Part shown: positions 38,148-46,956 of the stretch, piece by piece
Position numbering within the stretch: position 1 is the first letter of the stretch
Layout: each line of letters begins with the position of its first letter
Assembly (NCBI GenBank): GCA_016839805.1
Contig: JAEOTO010000025.1
Location: forward strand, 1-46,956
Reading direction: 5' to 3'
Source: Candidatus Hermodarchaeota archaeon
Lineage (GTDB): Archaea > Asgardarchaeota > Hermodarchaeia > Hermodarchaeales > Hermodarchaeaceae
Length of the DNA stretch: 46,956 nucleotides
Program-made: the position numbers and the translations under genes
Notes under the pieces: model-generated
What the model was told of the DNA's origin: nothing
Seen by the model: the letters and a program-made list of their open reading frames with translations, nothing else
The model's database searches: none

Positions 38148-39341
38148 ATGAAAGGTATTGGAGACGAGGTCATGGGACGTCGATTACGGATTACACAGGT
38201 CGTCCATGACTTCCACCCCGTCGTTGGCGGCATCGAAACCTATGCTTACAATTTGGCAAAAGGACTCGTGGAAGCTGGTCACCATGTCAAAGTTTACACT
38301 GCACGCTTGCCCGGTTTACCACGCTACGAGTGTTGGGAAGGCATCCATATCTTCCGATTCCGAGCTGTAATGCGACCCTTTAGCTACCCCTTTATACCTG
38401 GTCTCATTCCTGCCCTTACCCGCGATCAATCTGATATCCTTCATGCCCACATCAATTCACCCATGACCGTTGACTTCACGGCATTCTCCAGCCGTTTAGT
38501 AGGAATCCCATTAGTCATTACCTATCACGCTGATGCTCTCATTACAGATCTCGCCCTCAAACCACCCATGTTCCGACGGTGGCTAAGCCAAGTTTACTGG
38601 CTCTCTCGTCATGCTGCAGCGAACATCGCTAAACATCTAATCGTGACGTCTCCCATCTATCTTGAAAGTTCTCCCTTCCTCCAACGATACCGTGACAAAA
38701 CCTCAGTCATTCCCGCCTCAGTGAATCCTTACTATCTGGCACCCCTCCAAGAAACCCGTCAAGCAAAGGAAAGCATTGGCTTCTCTCCAGACCATCCACT
38801 CATCCTCTTTGTGGGTCGCTTGGTTCCCTATAAAGGGCTTGATGTGTTACTACGGGCATTTCACCAAATTCATAACCAATTTCCCAATGCCCAACTCGCT
38901 ATTGTGGGTACTGGACCTCAACACAACAACCTTCAGGAAATGAGCCGAAAAATCGGTTTGGAAAAAGTTGTACATTATCTTGGCGGCTTACCACAACGAC
39001 GTCTACGCGATATATATTCCGCCTGCGATGTTTTCGTCTTACCTTCGCGCTCACGATCCGAAGCCTTTGGAATCGTTCTATTAGAGGCTATGGCCCGTGG
39101 AAAACCTGTCGTTGCTACTCATGTCGGGGGGATCCCCTACGTTGTAGAGGACCAAACCACGGGAATCTTAGTTCCCCCCTATGATCCGGTTCCCCTGAGA
39201 AAGGCAATCATCGCGCTTCTCCAAGATCCGAGTTTCAGACTAAGATTAGGTGAAGATGGACGGAAACGGGTTCTCAAATATTTCACAAGGAAACCTACCA
39301 CACAACAATTAGAACAACTTTATCTTAACCTACTTTCCTAG
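38148..39341 (+). CDS. GT4 family glycosyltransferase
   Basis: GGIE, FVGRL..YKG, EAFGIVLLEAM (start may be ATG 38172). Confidence 0.93.
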   Translation: MKGIGDEVMGRRLRITQVVHDFHPVVGGIETYAYNLAKGLVEAGHHVKVYTARLPGLPRYECWEGIHIFRFRAVMRPFSYPFIPGLIPALTRDQSDILHAHINSPMTVDFTAFSSRLVGIPLVITYHADALITDLALKPPMFRRWLSQVYWLSRHAAANIAKHLIVTSPIYLESSPFLQRYRDKTSVIPASVNPYYLAPLQETRQAKESIGFSPDHPLILFVGRLVPYKGLDVLLRAFHQIHNQFPNAQLAIVGTGPQHNNLQEMSRKIGLEKVVHYLGGLPQRRLRDIYSACDVFVLPSRSRSEAFGIVLLEAMARGKPVVATHVGGIPYVVEDQTTGILVPPYDPVPLRKAIIALLQDPSFRLRLGEDGRKRVLKYFTRKPTTQQLEQLYLNLLS

Positions 39342-39366
39342 TCCACCTCATTCCCCCGCTAGTCTT

Positions 39367-40995
39367 CTACGTCAAGCGCTCAATAAGCCATGACACAGGT
39401 CTAGATACAGGATGAAGCACTTGGCTAATAGCCAGTAATGTCTGGACATCAATGGGGTTGAGAACACTACTTCTGACTAGCCCCCAAAGATAGAGAAGGG
39501 CAAGGGGAGCCAAGCTAAGTATGAGCATAACTTGGAACAGCCAAGACACCAGCCCTACAAGACTCAACACTGAGATGAGCAATCCTCCCAAAATGAGTAT
39601 TACAAAGGATAACAAGACAATAATCAATAGCACACCAGCAGCTTTTGGCATAAAACGCATAGAAATTTTGAAGCTCGTTCGCCGCTGGTATAATACTGAA
39701 AAAATTACCAAAAACGGAATTCCCACCAACCAAATGAGCGCTACAACCAGTTCACGCCAAATGGGGCAGAGAAACCACAACGTAACAGAAACCACTACCG
39801 TCCAAGCCGCATAGGTCACTAAAACTCCACGGATATTTCCAATCCCAATTAGTGTATCCATCATCATTGACGCCAGAGGATAGACTAGAAAACTCCCCGC
39901 CATTAACACTAGAAAGGGAACTGCGATTAACCCTGGACCTGCAAACAGAACCACGAGAATCGGTGTCGCATAAAAGACCAACACAACAGCGATAAATGCA
40001 CTAAATACAAATCCGAACTTCCAGGCCCTACCCATGTACGCTTTAATTGATGCCCACGCATTCCTCGCCACATCACCTGAAGTTCGGGGCATCAACACCC
40101 GAAATGGCGCCGCCTGCCCTCGCTGAACATACAGTGCAACACTCAAAGCTAATCCTAAACCTGCCAGAATCACATCGGAAGTCCGAAACTGATTCGCAAT
40201 TAACAACGGAACATTCAGAAAGACAGCACCCATCAATGCAAGTAGTAACGCCTGCAGTCCGGTACTAACAATTGATTTTCGAGTCAAAGAAACATACTCT
40301 TCCATTTTCTCAATTCGGTATTCACGCAGTAACTTGAGAAGAATGATTACCTCAAAGAAAATGGTTACAACGGAAGCCACAATGTTCAGTAAAATTACTG
40401 CCATTAATGTCATAGTCCCAAATGCAAATAGTCCTGCCAATGTGGCAAAGTACAGACCATGGTACAAGCCCATGGCCATAGTACAATAACGCATCTGCTG
40501 CATTCCCCGAAACACTCCCTGCAGCACCGTACTTACAGCCGTCAGAGGAACCGCGATCAACGCAAGTTGAAACAATGGCACCGCATAAAACGGTACAAAG
40601 AAGTTGAGAGGGAGCCACACAATAAGAAAATAAAAAACAGCAAGAACTCCCAGGCTTGCCAGCACACTAGTAAAAATCGCCCAAGCAATGAGTCGATACA
40701 GAAAAGAAGAACGTCGACTCATAATCTCTGGCATATGCTTCATTAACGCCACATCAATCCCCATGATTCCAACCGGAATGAACAAATTTACCCACGTAAA
40801 TACCAGAACATAAAGATAGAATTCATAGACTGGAGCCTGGGGTAATCCCCGAACAATCACAATGGATGAAGCGATGCCAAAAAGGACAATTAGGAGGATA
40901 GTGACTGCTTCAGCAACGATATTTTGGGCAAAGCGGATTTCTGTGCCAGCTAGCCCATCACGACTCGGATCTCGCACTACTTTGTTTGCAGACAC
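39367..40995 (-). CDS. oligosaccharide flippase / polysaccharide biosynthesis protein (MOP superfamily)
   Basis: About 14 TM segments, GVFRGMQ.M motif; lies between two GT4 genes. Confidence 0.8.
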   Translation of the reverse strand: MSANKVVRDPSRDGLAGTEIRFAQNIVAEAVTILLIVLFGIASSIVIVRGLPQAPVYEFYLYVLVFTWVNLFIPVGIMGIDVALMKHMPEIMSRRSSFLYRLIAWAIFTSVLASLGVLAVFYFLIVWLPLNFFVPFYAVPLFQLALIAVPLTAVSTVLQGVFRGMQQMRYCTMAMGLYHGLYFATLAGLFAFGTMTLMAVILLNIVASVVTIFFEVIILLKLLREYRIEKMEEYVSLTRKSIVSTGLQALLLALMGAVFLNVPLLIANQFRTSDVILAGLGLALSVALYVQRGQAAPFRVLMPRTSGDVARNAWASIKAYMGRAWKFGFVFSAFIAVVLVFYATPILVVLFAGPGLIAVPFLVLMAGSFLVYPLASMMMDTLIGIGNIRGVLVTYAAWTVVVSVTLWFLCPIWRELVVALIWLVGIPFLVIFSVLYQRRTSFKISMRFMPKAAGVLLIIVLLSFVILILGGLLISVLSLVGLVSWLFQVMLILSLAPLALLYLWGLVRSSVLNPIDVQTLLAISQVLHPVSRPVSWLIERLT

Positions 40996-42155
40996 GTCCG
41001 ATAAACTCCTTCAGTTAACTGGCCAACCTGCTCCCAGGTATGATGCATTTTCACGTAACGCTGACCCGCACGACCCATTTTTTGAAGCTCTGCACGATTA
41101 TTTATCCAACTCTTAAGTTCCTTTGTAATTTGATCCGTGTCTGGTCTAGTTAGAATAATTCCAAATGAGGGTTGCAGGACTTCGCGTACACCTCCCACAG
41201 CTGTTGCCATTACCGGTGTTCCCGTCGCAAGCGCCTCTAACAGTGTCGTCGGAAGCGTCTCAGTGAATGAGGGAATCACATACAAATCCAAGGAAGCCAT
41301 GAACGAGGGCATTTCATCGTATTCCAAAGGTCCAAGAAACGATACATTCTCTAAGCCCTTGACCTCCAGGAGTCTTTTTAATTGGTTTCCAGCAGGCATC
41401 TCTCCGGCGATTAACAGATGTACATCAATATGATGAGATAACTGAACCATTGCCTGCAGCAGTTGATTAATTCCCTTTTCCCGAGTCAATGCACCGGCAT
41501 ATCCTATGACAAACGTATCCTTCGCAAAATCAAGTTGTTTACGAAAATTTGGTCGGGCATTCGCATTAAACCGAGTCACATCAACTGCATGTGGGATATG
41601 GACCACCCGTTCAGCAGGCACTCCCTCTGCCCGTAATACCCGTCTGGAACGCTGAGTGAGACAAATAATCCGTGAAAAGGGACGATGAAGCGCCCGTGCC
41701 TCTAAAAACCGGAAAAACCGAGCACGAAGCGGATTCGATTCCACCCGAAACCATTGCGCTTCAACATGCGATAACACCGACACAAGAACAGGGATGTCAA
41801 GCCGACTTCCTGCTCGTAATGCAGCTTCTGATGCAATGGGTGGGACTGTATGAATAATATCCGGACGCCAATTCATAGCAAAATCCCGAACCACAGGGAT
41901 ATACCGCATCATAAATGCAAATCGGCTGATCACAGTCGAATACGAACGTTTCCGAAGTTCTCGACGAACCGGTACCATTCCAACCGTATTCGGGGACGCA
42001 AATTCAGAACCCTCTACCACTCCGCTCAGGATTATAACCTGGTGTCCATGGCTTGTGAGCCAATCACTCAGTTGTGCCCAATACCTTGGACCACCACCTG
42101 TCTCTTTAGCATGTGACTCAACAACCATGAGAACTTTCACAGGTATTTCACCCAT
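40977..42155 (-). CDS. GT4 family glycosyltransferase
   Basis: G.L..EKG, PS..ETLP..LLEA+A.G.PV..T.VGG. Confidence 0.9.
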   Translation of the reverse strand: MGEIPVKVLMVVESHAKETGGGPRYWAQLSDWLTSHGHQVIILSGVVEGSEFASPNTVGMVPVRRELRKRSYSTVISRFAFMMRYIPVVRDFAMNWRPDIIHTVPPIASEAALRAGSRLDIPVLVSVLSHVEAQWFRVESNPLRARFFRFLEARALHRPFSRIICLTQRSRRVLRAEGVPAERVVHIPHAVDVTRFNANARPNFRKQLDFAKDTFVIGYAGALTREKGINQLLQAMVQLSHHIDVHLLIAGEMPAGNQLKRLLEVKGLENVSFLGPLEYDEMPSFMASLDLYVIPSFTETLPTTLLEALATGTPVMATAVGGVREVLQPSFGIILTRPDTDQITKELKSWINNRAELQKMGRAGQRYVKMHHTWEQVGQLTEGVYRTCLQTK

Positions 42156-42259
42156 TTAAACACAGCAAAGACCGCTACTTGATTAGGCTAGCAGACGGAA
42201 TTATTATAAAAGTGTGGGCAAGCCAGATACAGTGATACGATTAGACAAGGTGACTGAGA

Positions 42260-43078
42260 TTGTCCAAACCTCGCACGACAAAGAAGACCACAAAAACCTC
42301 CAAGCCCAAAAGCAAAACGAAGGCCAAACCAAAAATCACTACCAAGAAAAAACCCAAAGCTGAACCTGCAGTGCTGAAGGAAGGTGACTTTGTACTAGCT
42401 GATTTTGTCGGGTATACTCATGAAGACCACCAACTTTTTGATACGACCAAAGAAGATGTAGCCAAAGCTGAGAATGTCTTTGACGAAGAGGAGATCTATC
42501 AACCCCGCCTCGTTATCATTGGTCAAGGCATGATGGTTCCCGGGGTAGATGAAGCACTAATCGGAATGAAAGTCGGGAGTTCGAAAAAGGTGGTTCTAGA
42601 ACCTGAGAAAGCTTTCGGGGTTCGAGATGCGAGCCAGGTTCGAATAATTCCTCGGGCCCGCATCAAAAGCGATCAAAAAATCGTCCGTGGAATGCGCGTG
42701 CGAATAGGCAATCAATCAGGAACCGTCCGCCATATTGGGGGAGGACGCGTCACCGTCGATTTTAATCCCCTACTTGCAGGGCACACCGTTGAGTACGACA
42801 TATCGATTACGAAAAAGCTCACACGAGCCCAAGAGCGACTCGAAGCCTTTGTCCAACGCAGATTTAGCGCCGTCGATCCAGGAAGCATTGCCGTCACCGC
42901 AAAGGGGAAGACCGTTACGATTTCAATTAGCGCAGATCCTCGAATTCTCCTCAACCAATCCCTGCAAATTTGGAAATTAGGACTCACTCACGATATTGAA
43001 ACTTACTTGAAAGACAAATACTCAAAGGTTCTCTTCACCGAGGAATGGGAAGTGACCTCAAAACCACCAGCCGAATAA
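42260..43078 (+). CDS. long-type archaeal FKBP peptidyl-prolyl isomerase with Lys/Thr-rich N-terminal tail
   Basis: FDTT, G+DEAL.GM.VG, PEKAFG.RD, VDFNP.LAG. Confidence 0.92.
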   Translation: MSKPRTTKKTTKTSKPKSKTKAKPKITTKKKPKAEPAVLKEGDFVLADFVGYTHEDHQLFDTTKEDVAKAENVFDEEEIYQPRLVIIGQGMMVPGVDEALIGMKVGSSKKVVLEPEKAFGVRDASQVRIIPRARIKSDQKIVRGMRVRIGNQSGTVRHIGGGRVTVDFNPLLAGHTVEYDISITKKLTRAQERLEAFVQRRFSAVDPGSIAVTAKGKTVTISISADPRILLNQSLQIWKLGLTHDIETYLKDKYSKVLFTEEWEVTSKPPAE

Positions 43079-43090
43079 CTCATCAAAGAA

Positions 43091-43546
43091 TTAACTAACC
43101 CGAGTAACATCCGCCAGCCCAAGCTTCCGGCGCCGTGAGCACTTTAACCCAGCCCGTTGGTGTACCTTTTCTACTCGACACCGATCGCCATCCCGAATTC
43201 CTGTAGGATTACATGCCTCATGATACTCACAGTCCCACTTATCACAAGGACGAACGTGCACAGTAAACACTGCTCCCTCAAAGAGCTGATGCGTCGGTAA
43301 CGTAACCGTAGCCCCTGCTTCTTCCACTTCAACAAGCTGAACTCCATCTTCATGCAGGGGACAATCATGCGCTCGGTCACGGACACTGATTACGGTGTAG
43401 ACCCGATTCGGTTCAAGCTTGTCACAACAGACCTTTCGTAACGGACATTCAATGCATTTCGTCGTTCGACCCATATACTCGAACTCATTCCCGACATGGG
43501 CTTGCCGCTTACCAATTAAGGTAATTACCGTCACCAAGTACACCAA
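43091..43546 (-). CDS. UPF0179 family protein
   Basis: ITLIG...A..G.EF.Y......C..C.L+..C..LE....Y.V..VR...H.C..H. Confidence 0.88.
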   Translation of the reverse strand: MVYLVTVITLIGKRQAHVGNEFEYMGRTTKCIECPLRKVCCDKLEPNRVYTVISVRDRAHDCPLHEDGVQLVEVEEAGATVTLPTHQLFEGAVFTVHVRPCDKWDCEYHEACNPTGIRDGDRCRVEKVHQRAGLKCSRRRKLGLADVTRVS

Positions 43547-43630
43547 ATAATCAAATGCAATGTACCATTCAGGCTAGAACAGAAGAACAAGAAGTTTTTC
43601 CTTTTCCCGAAATATCTTCTGCAAACCCTT

Positions 43631-43645
43631 GAAAAAGTTTATATA
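43631..43645 (+). promoter_or_regulatory. BRE plus TATA promoter upstream of aCPSF1
   Basis: GAAAAAG followed by TTTATATA. Confidence 0.6.
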
Positions 43646-43878
43646 AGGCGACTCGTCTCCACTCATTCGGCGAATCGGGTAAGCAATATTCTCACCCCGA
43701 ACCGTCATTTTCCCAAAATTCGACTCTTTGAATAATTATTGTCTGAGCCTAGTGCCAGGACATTTGCAGGGAACTATATTGAACCTTTCATTTGTATTAA
43801 TGGCTTCACTTAAGCCCAACTCACAATTCCAATTCTGTTACACCCTAATCCATTAAAGACAACAAGATGGTGCAAATA

Positions 43879-46800
43879 TTGGCAATCGAAGACCCCCTAG
43901 ACGATTTTCGTGACAAACTTTTACAAAAACTCCCTAAGGCTGCGAAAGTCACCCACATTGAATTTGAAGGACCTGAAATCGCGATCTATGCACGCAAACC
44001 GGATGAATTCGGCGAACAAACCACCGTTAAAGAACTTGCCAAACAATTCCGCAAACGCATCGTCATCCGATCAGACCCTGAAGTGCGAAATCCAAACGAC
44101 GTCGCCGAAGAAGAAATCCGCAAAATCGTCCCCGAAGAAGCAGAAATCACAGGGATCACCTTCAACGACACCATCGGCGAAGTCATCATCGAAGCCAAAA
44201 AACCTGGTCTTGTCATTGGTCGGACGGGCACCACAATGGAAGAAATCCGACTCAAAACCTTTTGGCGTCCCACCGTTATCCGTACTCCCCCCCTCAAATC
44301 CGATACTATCCTAAAAATCCGCCACGCCCTCCAAAACTCCAGCGAAGACCGCAAAACCATTCTCCGCACCATTGGTCGCCGCATTCACCGACCCCCCCTC
44401 ATTCGCGGCGGCTACATCCGACTTACTCCCCTCGGCGGCTTCCGAGAAGTCGGGCGCATGAGCATGCTCGTGCAAACACCCGAATCCAACATCATGGTCG
44501 ATTGCGGCGTCAACGTCGGCGCCACCGACCAAGCCTTCCCCCGATTTGACCTTCCCGAATTCAACATATCCAAACTCGATGCCATTGTCATCACCCATGC
44601 CCACCTCGATCACTGTCTGCCGCCGGAAACCCCTGTAAGAATGGCTAATGGTCTTTGGAAGCCTATTGGCGAAATTATACCTGGGGAATTCGTAACCAGT
44701 TACAATTGGGAAATTGGCGCCTTTGAAGCCGCGAAATGTGTTGGAAAAACTGTTACACATGGACATAGTAAAAGAATCGAAATTATAACACCATATCATA
44801 CCATTTCCTCGTCACCCAACCATCGCTTCTTTATCTACGAGGGATTAAAACTCTGTGAAATTGAAGCCCAAGATTTACATAAAAACATGCTTCTCCCCGT
44901 ACAGCGACCAGAAAATTTCGAAAATGTAGACACAATTCAATTGAATACCCAGATTCCATTCTCTGGTCGATTCCCCCTCACCAATGAAATGCGAAACGAA
45001 TTTCGAACCCATCGAATAAAACAAAACTTAACACAAAAGAATCTTGCTCAAATAATCGGTGTCCATCAGAACGCAATCTCGAAAATAGAAACCAATCAGA
45101 AGTTTATTACTTTCCCCGTATTGAAATCACTTCTCAATTTCCATAATATTGATTGGAATGACTTTGTTGAAAAATACCGCTTACCAAAACTACCATCAAC
45201 GCTCTCTCCTGAGCTTGCACAAATAGTGGGCTATATTCAGGGAGATGGACACAAGTCCAGTGAACACTCATTCCGAATTACTGAGGTTGATCAGTCGACC
45301 ATTCAAACGTACTGTTCTCTTTTTAACCAGCTTTTCAGAATCAATCCAATTGTCAAGCCACGCTCAGACACAGAGGAACCTACCTACTCAATCGATGTAA
45401 ATAACGCCTACGTTCTCCGGTTCCTCGAAATTAATTTCACTTCGATTTTTGCAAAGAGTCGCAAACTCTACATACCCCCTATCCTATACAATTCTTCAAA
45501 CGTAATTAAACAAGCCTATTTACGAGGTCTATTCGATGCTGATGGAACTGTCGTCAACGCTGTTAGGATCTGTAGTTATAGCTCACAGCTTCTCAAACAA
45601 GTGCAATTTCTCCTCTATCAATTGAACATCCCATCCAGCGTCAACGTAAAAACACACACAGTACAAATAGCAAGTACTGCAGCCATAAACCAATACACCA
45701 AATTAGTCGGATTCACATCTAAGACAAAGACAAAAAAATTACAACAGCTCAACCAAACCAAATCCCAAACACGAAGCGCGTCACACTTTGATCTACTCCC
45801 GATTTCCTCAAAAGATTTTGCGAAGATTTTGGATGATGCGAGAATAATTGGTCGGATTCATCATAGTCCTCGTATTGCCGATTTACCAATGGCACTTCTT
45901 GATTGGTATCGACGCAAATCAGGTTACGCTACACGGAACACCGTTGAGCTACTCATAAATGTATTAATGGAACGATACAATTCCATCGAAGCCCTGAAAG
46001 AACACGTCCAAGACAATCTACTTGAAACTCGTCAACAACTTTCACTCCCACGAACACTTGTTGCCAACGCTACTGGGCTATCCATGATGCAAGTACAGTA
46101 TCGAGAAGAAGGTAACCTACAAGATGAATTAACACAAAGAATTGAACACTTTATATTAAACGAAATCGATCGTGTTCAAGAAAAAATCCAAAACATTATC
46201 CAAAAAATCAATCATCTTCTTTCTCTCAACGTTGACTGGTACCCCATCAAAACTCTTCATCAACAGGATAATGATACTCCACTAATTGACATTGAAGTCT
46301 TACCAAATCGCAGTTTCATTGCACACGGCATCATTGTGCATAATTGTGGATTTGCACCTTTCCTGTACAAGTATGGATACGAAGGTCCCGTCTATTGCAC
46401 TTCTCCCACCCAAGATCTCATGACCATGCTCCAAATTGATTACCTTGAGGTCGCGCATCGCGAAGGGAAAGTCGCCCCCTATGGGCTCAAAGATATCCGG
46501 AAACTCATTATGCACACTATTCCCCTCAACTATGGCGAAGTCACCGATATTGCCCCCGACGTCCGCCTCACCCTCCACAACGCCGGACACATCCTCGGCT
46601 CCAGCATCGCCCACCTCCACATCGGCGACGGGCTCTATAATCTCGCCTACACCGGCGACTTCAAATACGCCCGCAGCCGCCTCCTTGAACCCGCCACCGA
46701 CCGCTTCCCCCGCCTCGAAACCCTCATCATGGAATCCACCTACGGCGCCCCAAATGACCTCATGCCCTCCCGCAAAAACTCCGAACGCCAACTCGTTGAC

Positions 46801-46956
46801 TACATCAACCGCACCCTCGAACGCGGTGGCAAAGTCCTCATCCCCGTCCTCGCCGTCGGACGCGCCCAAGACCTTCTCGTCGTCATCGACGAATACCTGC
46901 GCCGCGGCACCCTCCCAGAAGCCCCCGTCTTCGTCGACGGCATGATCATCGAAGCC
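43879..46956 (+). CDS. fttA: aCPSF1/FttA beta-CASP ribonuclease, transcription termination factor (intein-containing; truncated by window end; not in ORF track)
   Basis: [10 protein letters not shown]-domain [26 protein letters not shown]|[27 protein letters not shown]. Confidence 0.95.
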   Translation, partial: MAIEDPLDDFRDKLLQKLPKAAKVTHIEFEGPEIAIYARKPDEFGEQTTVKELAKQFRKRIVIRSDPEVRNPNDVAEEEIRKIVPEEAEITGITFNDTIGEVIIEAKKPGLVIGRTGTTMEEIRLKTFWRPTVIRTPPLKSDTILKIRHALQNSSEDRKTILRTIGRRIHRPPLIRGGYIRLTPLGGFREVGRMSMLVQTPESNIMVDCGVNVGATDQAFPRFDLPEFNISKLDAIVITHAHLDHCLPPETPVRMANGLWKPIGEIIPGEFVTSYNWEIGAFEAAKCVGKTVTHGHSKRIEIITPYHTISSSPNHRFFIYEGLKLCEIEAQDLHKNMLLPVQRPENFENVDTIQLNTQIPFSGRFPLTNEMRNEFRTHRIKQNLTQKNLAQIIGVHQNAISKIETNQKFITFPVLKSLLNFHNIDWNDFVEKYRLPKLPSTLSPELAQIVGYIQGDGHKSSEHSFRITEVDQSTIQTYCSLFNQLFRINPIVKPRSDTEEPTYSIDVNNAYVLRFLEINFTSIFAKSRKLYIPPILYNSSNVIKQAYLRGLFDADGTVVNAVRICSYSSQLLKQVQFLLYQLNIPSSVNVKTHTVQIASTAAINQYTKLVGFTSKTKTKKLQQLNQTKSQTRSASHFDLLPISSKDFAKILDDARIIGRIHHSPRIADLPMALLDWYRRKSGYATRNTVELLINVLMERYNSIEALKEHVQDNLLETRQQLSLPRTLVANATGLSMMQVQYREEGNLQDELTQRIEHFILNEIDRVQEKIQNIIQKINHLLSLNVDWYPIKTLHQQDNDTPLIDIEVLPNRSFIAHGIIVHNCGFAPFLYKYGYEGPVYCTSPTQDLMTMLQIDYLEVAHREGKVAPYGLKDIRKLIMHTIPLNYGEVTDIAPDVRLTLHNAGHILGSSIAHLHIGDGLYNLAYTGDFKYARSRLLEPATDRFPRLETLIMESTYGAPNDLMPSRKNSERQLVDYINRTLERGGKVLIPVLAVGRAQDLLVVIDEYLRRGTLPEAPVFVDGMIIEA
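44614..46344 (+). mobile_element. 577-aa intein with LAGLIDADG homing endonuclease and two HTH-like inserts
   Basis: Begins CLPPETPV, block B SSPNH, ends GIIVHN with +1 Cys; [13 protein letters not shown] and [10 protein letters not shown]; splicing restores HAHLDH-CG. Confidence 0.95.

Noticed and set aside
43910-46945. ORF-track entries 43910..44314, 43986..44384, 44262..44549, 44311..44799, 44412..44594, 46300..46869 and 46436..46945
   Set aside because: Shadow frames of the C-rich aCPSF1 gene, which is missing from the track because it has no stop inside the window.

Overview
Archaeal chromosomal segment, most consistent with an Asgard-type archaeon (an inference from gene content; not tested phylogenetically). 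The left part (~1-12 kb) is accessory and metabolic: a partial XRE regulator with a palindromic operator, membrane proteins, ferric-reductase-like and ICMT-like membrane enzymes, an amidohydrolase, an MFS transporter, an aminotransferase, a GNAT, two small ORFs with structured 3' ends, and a 2-hydroxyacid dehydrogenase. The middle part (~12-34 kb) is a conserved RNA-modification and translation region. It holds an NSUN6-like methyltransferase, pcm, trm5, sepF, a PUA protein and SmAP-rpl37e; five tRNA genes, two of them with introns at non-canonical positions; rnp4-yhbY-rps19e-PDCD5-rpl39e-rpl31e-eIF6-rplX-pfdA-ftsY; a 717-aa free-standing multi-HTH LAGLIDADG gene; argF and dtdA; secE-spt5-rpl11-rpl1-rpl10-rpl12; and a NIP7-like/NOP2-like pair. 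The right part (~34-47 kb) holds hypC, a glycosylation locus (a eukaryote-like DPM2 homologue divergent from a GDP-mannose-pyrophosphorylase-like gene, split DUF1616, two GT4 enzymes, a flippase), FKBP, UPF0179 and a truncated aCPSF1 gene with a 577-aa intein inserted at its HxHxDH motif. The leading candidates for novelty are the DPM2-like glycosylation locus, the free-standing multi-HTH LAGLIDADG element, the tRNA-Phe intron whose BHB helix is replaced by C/D-type pairing, and the divergent small-ORF pair with shared operators.
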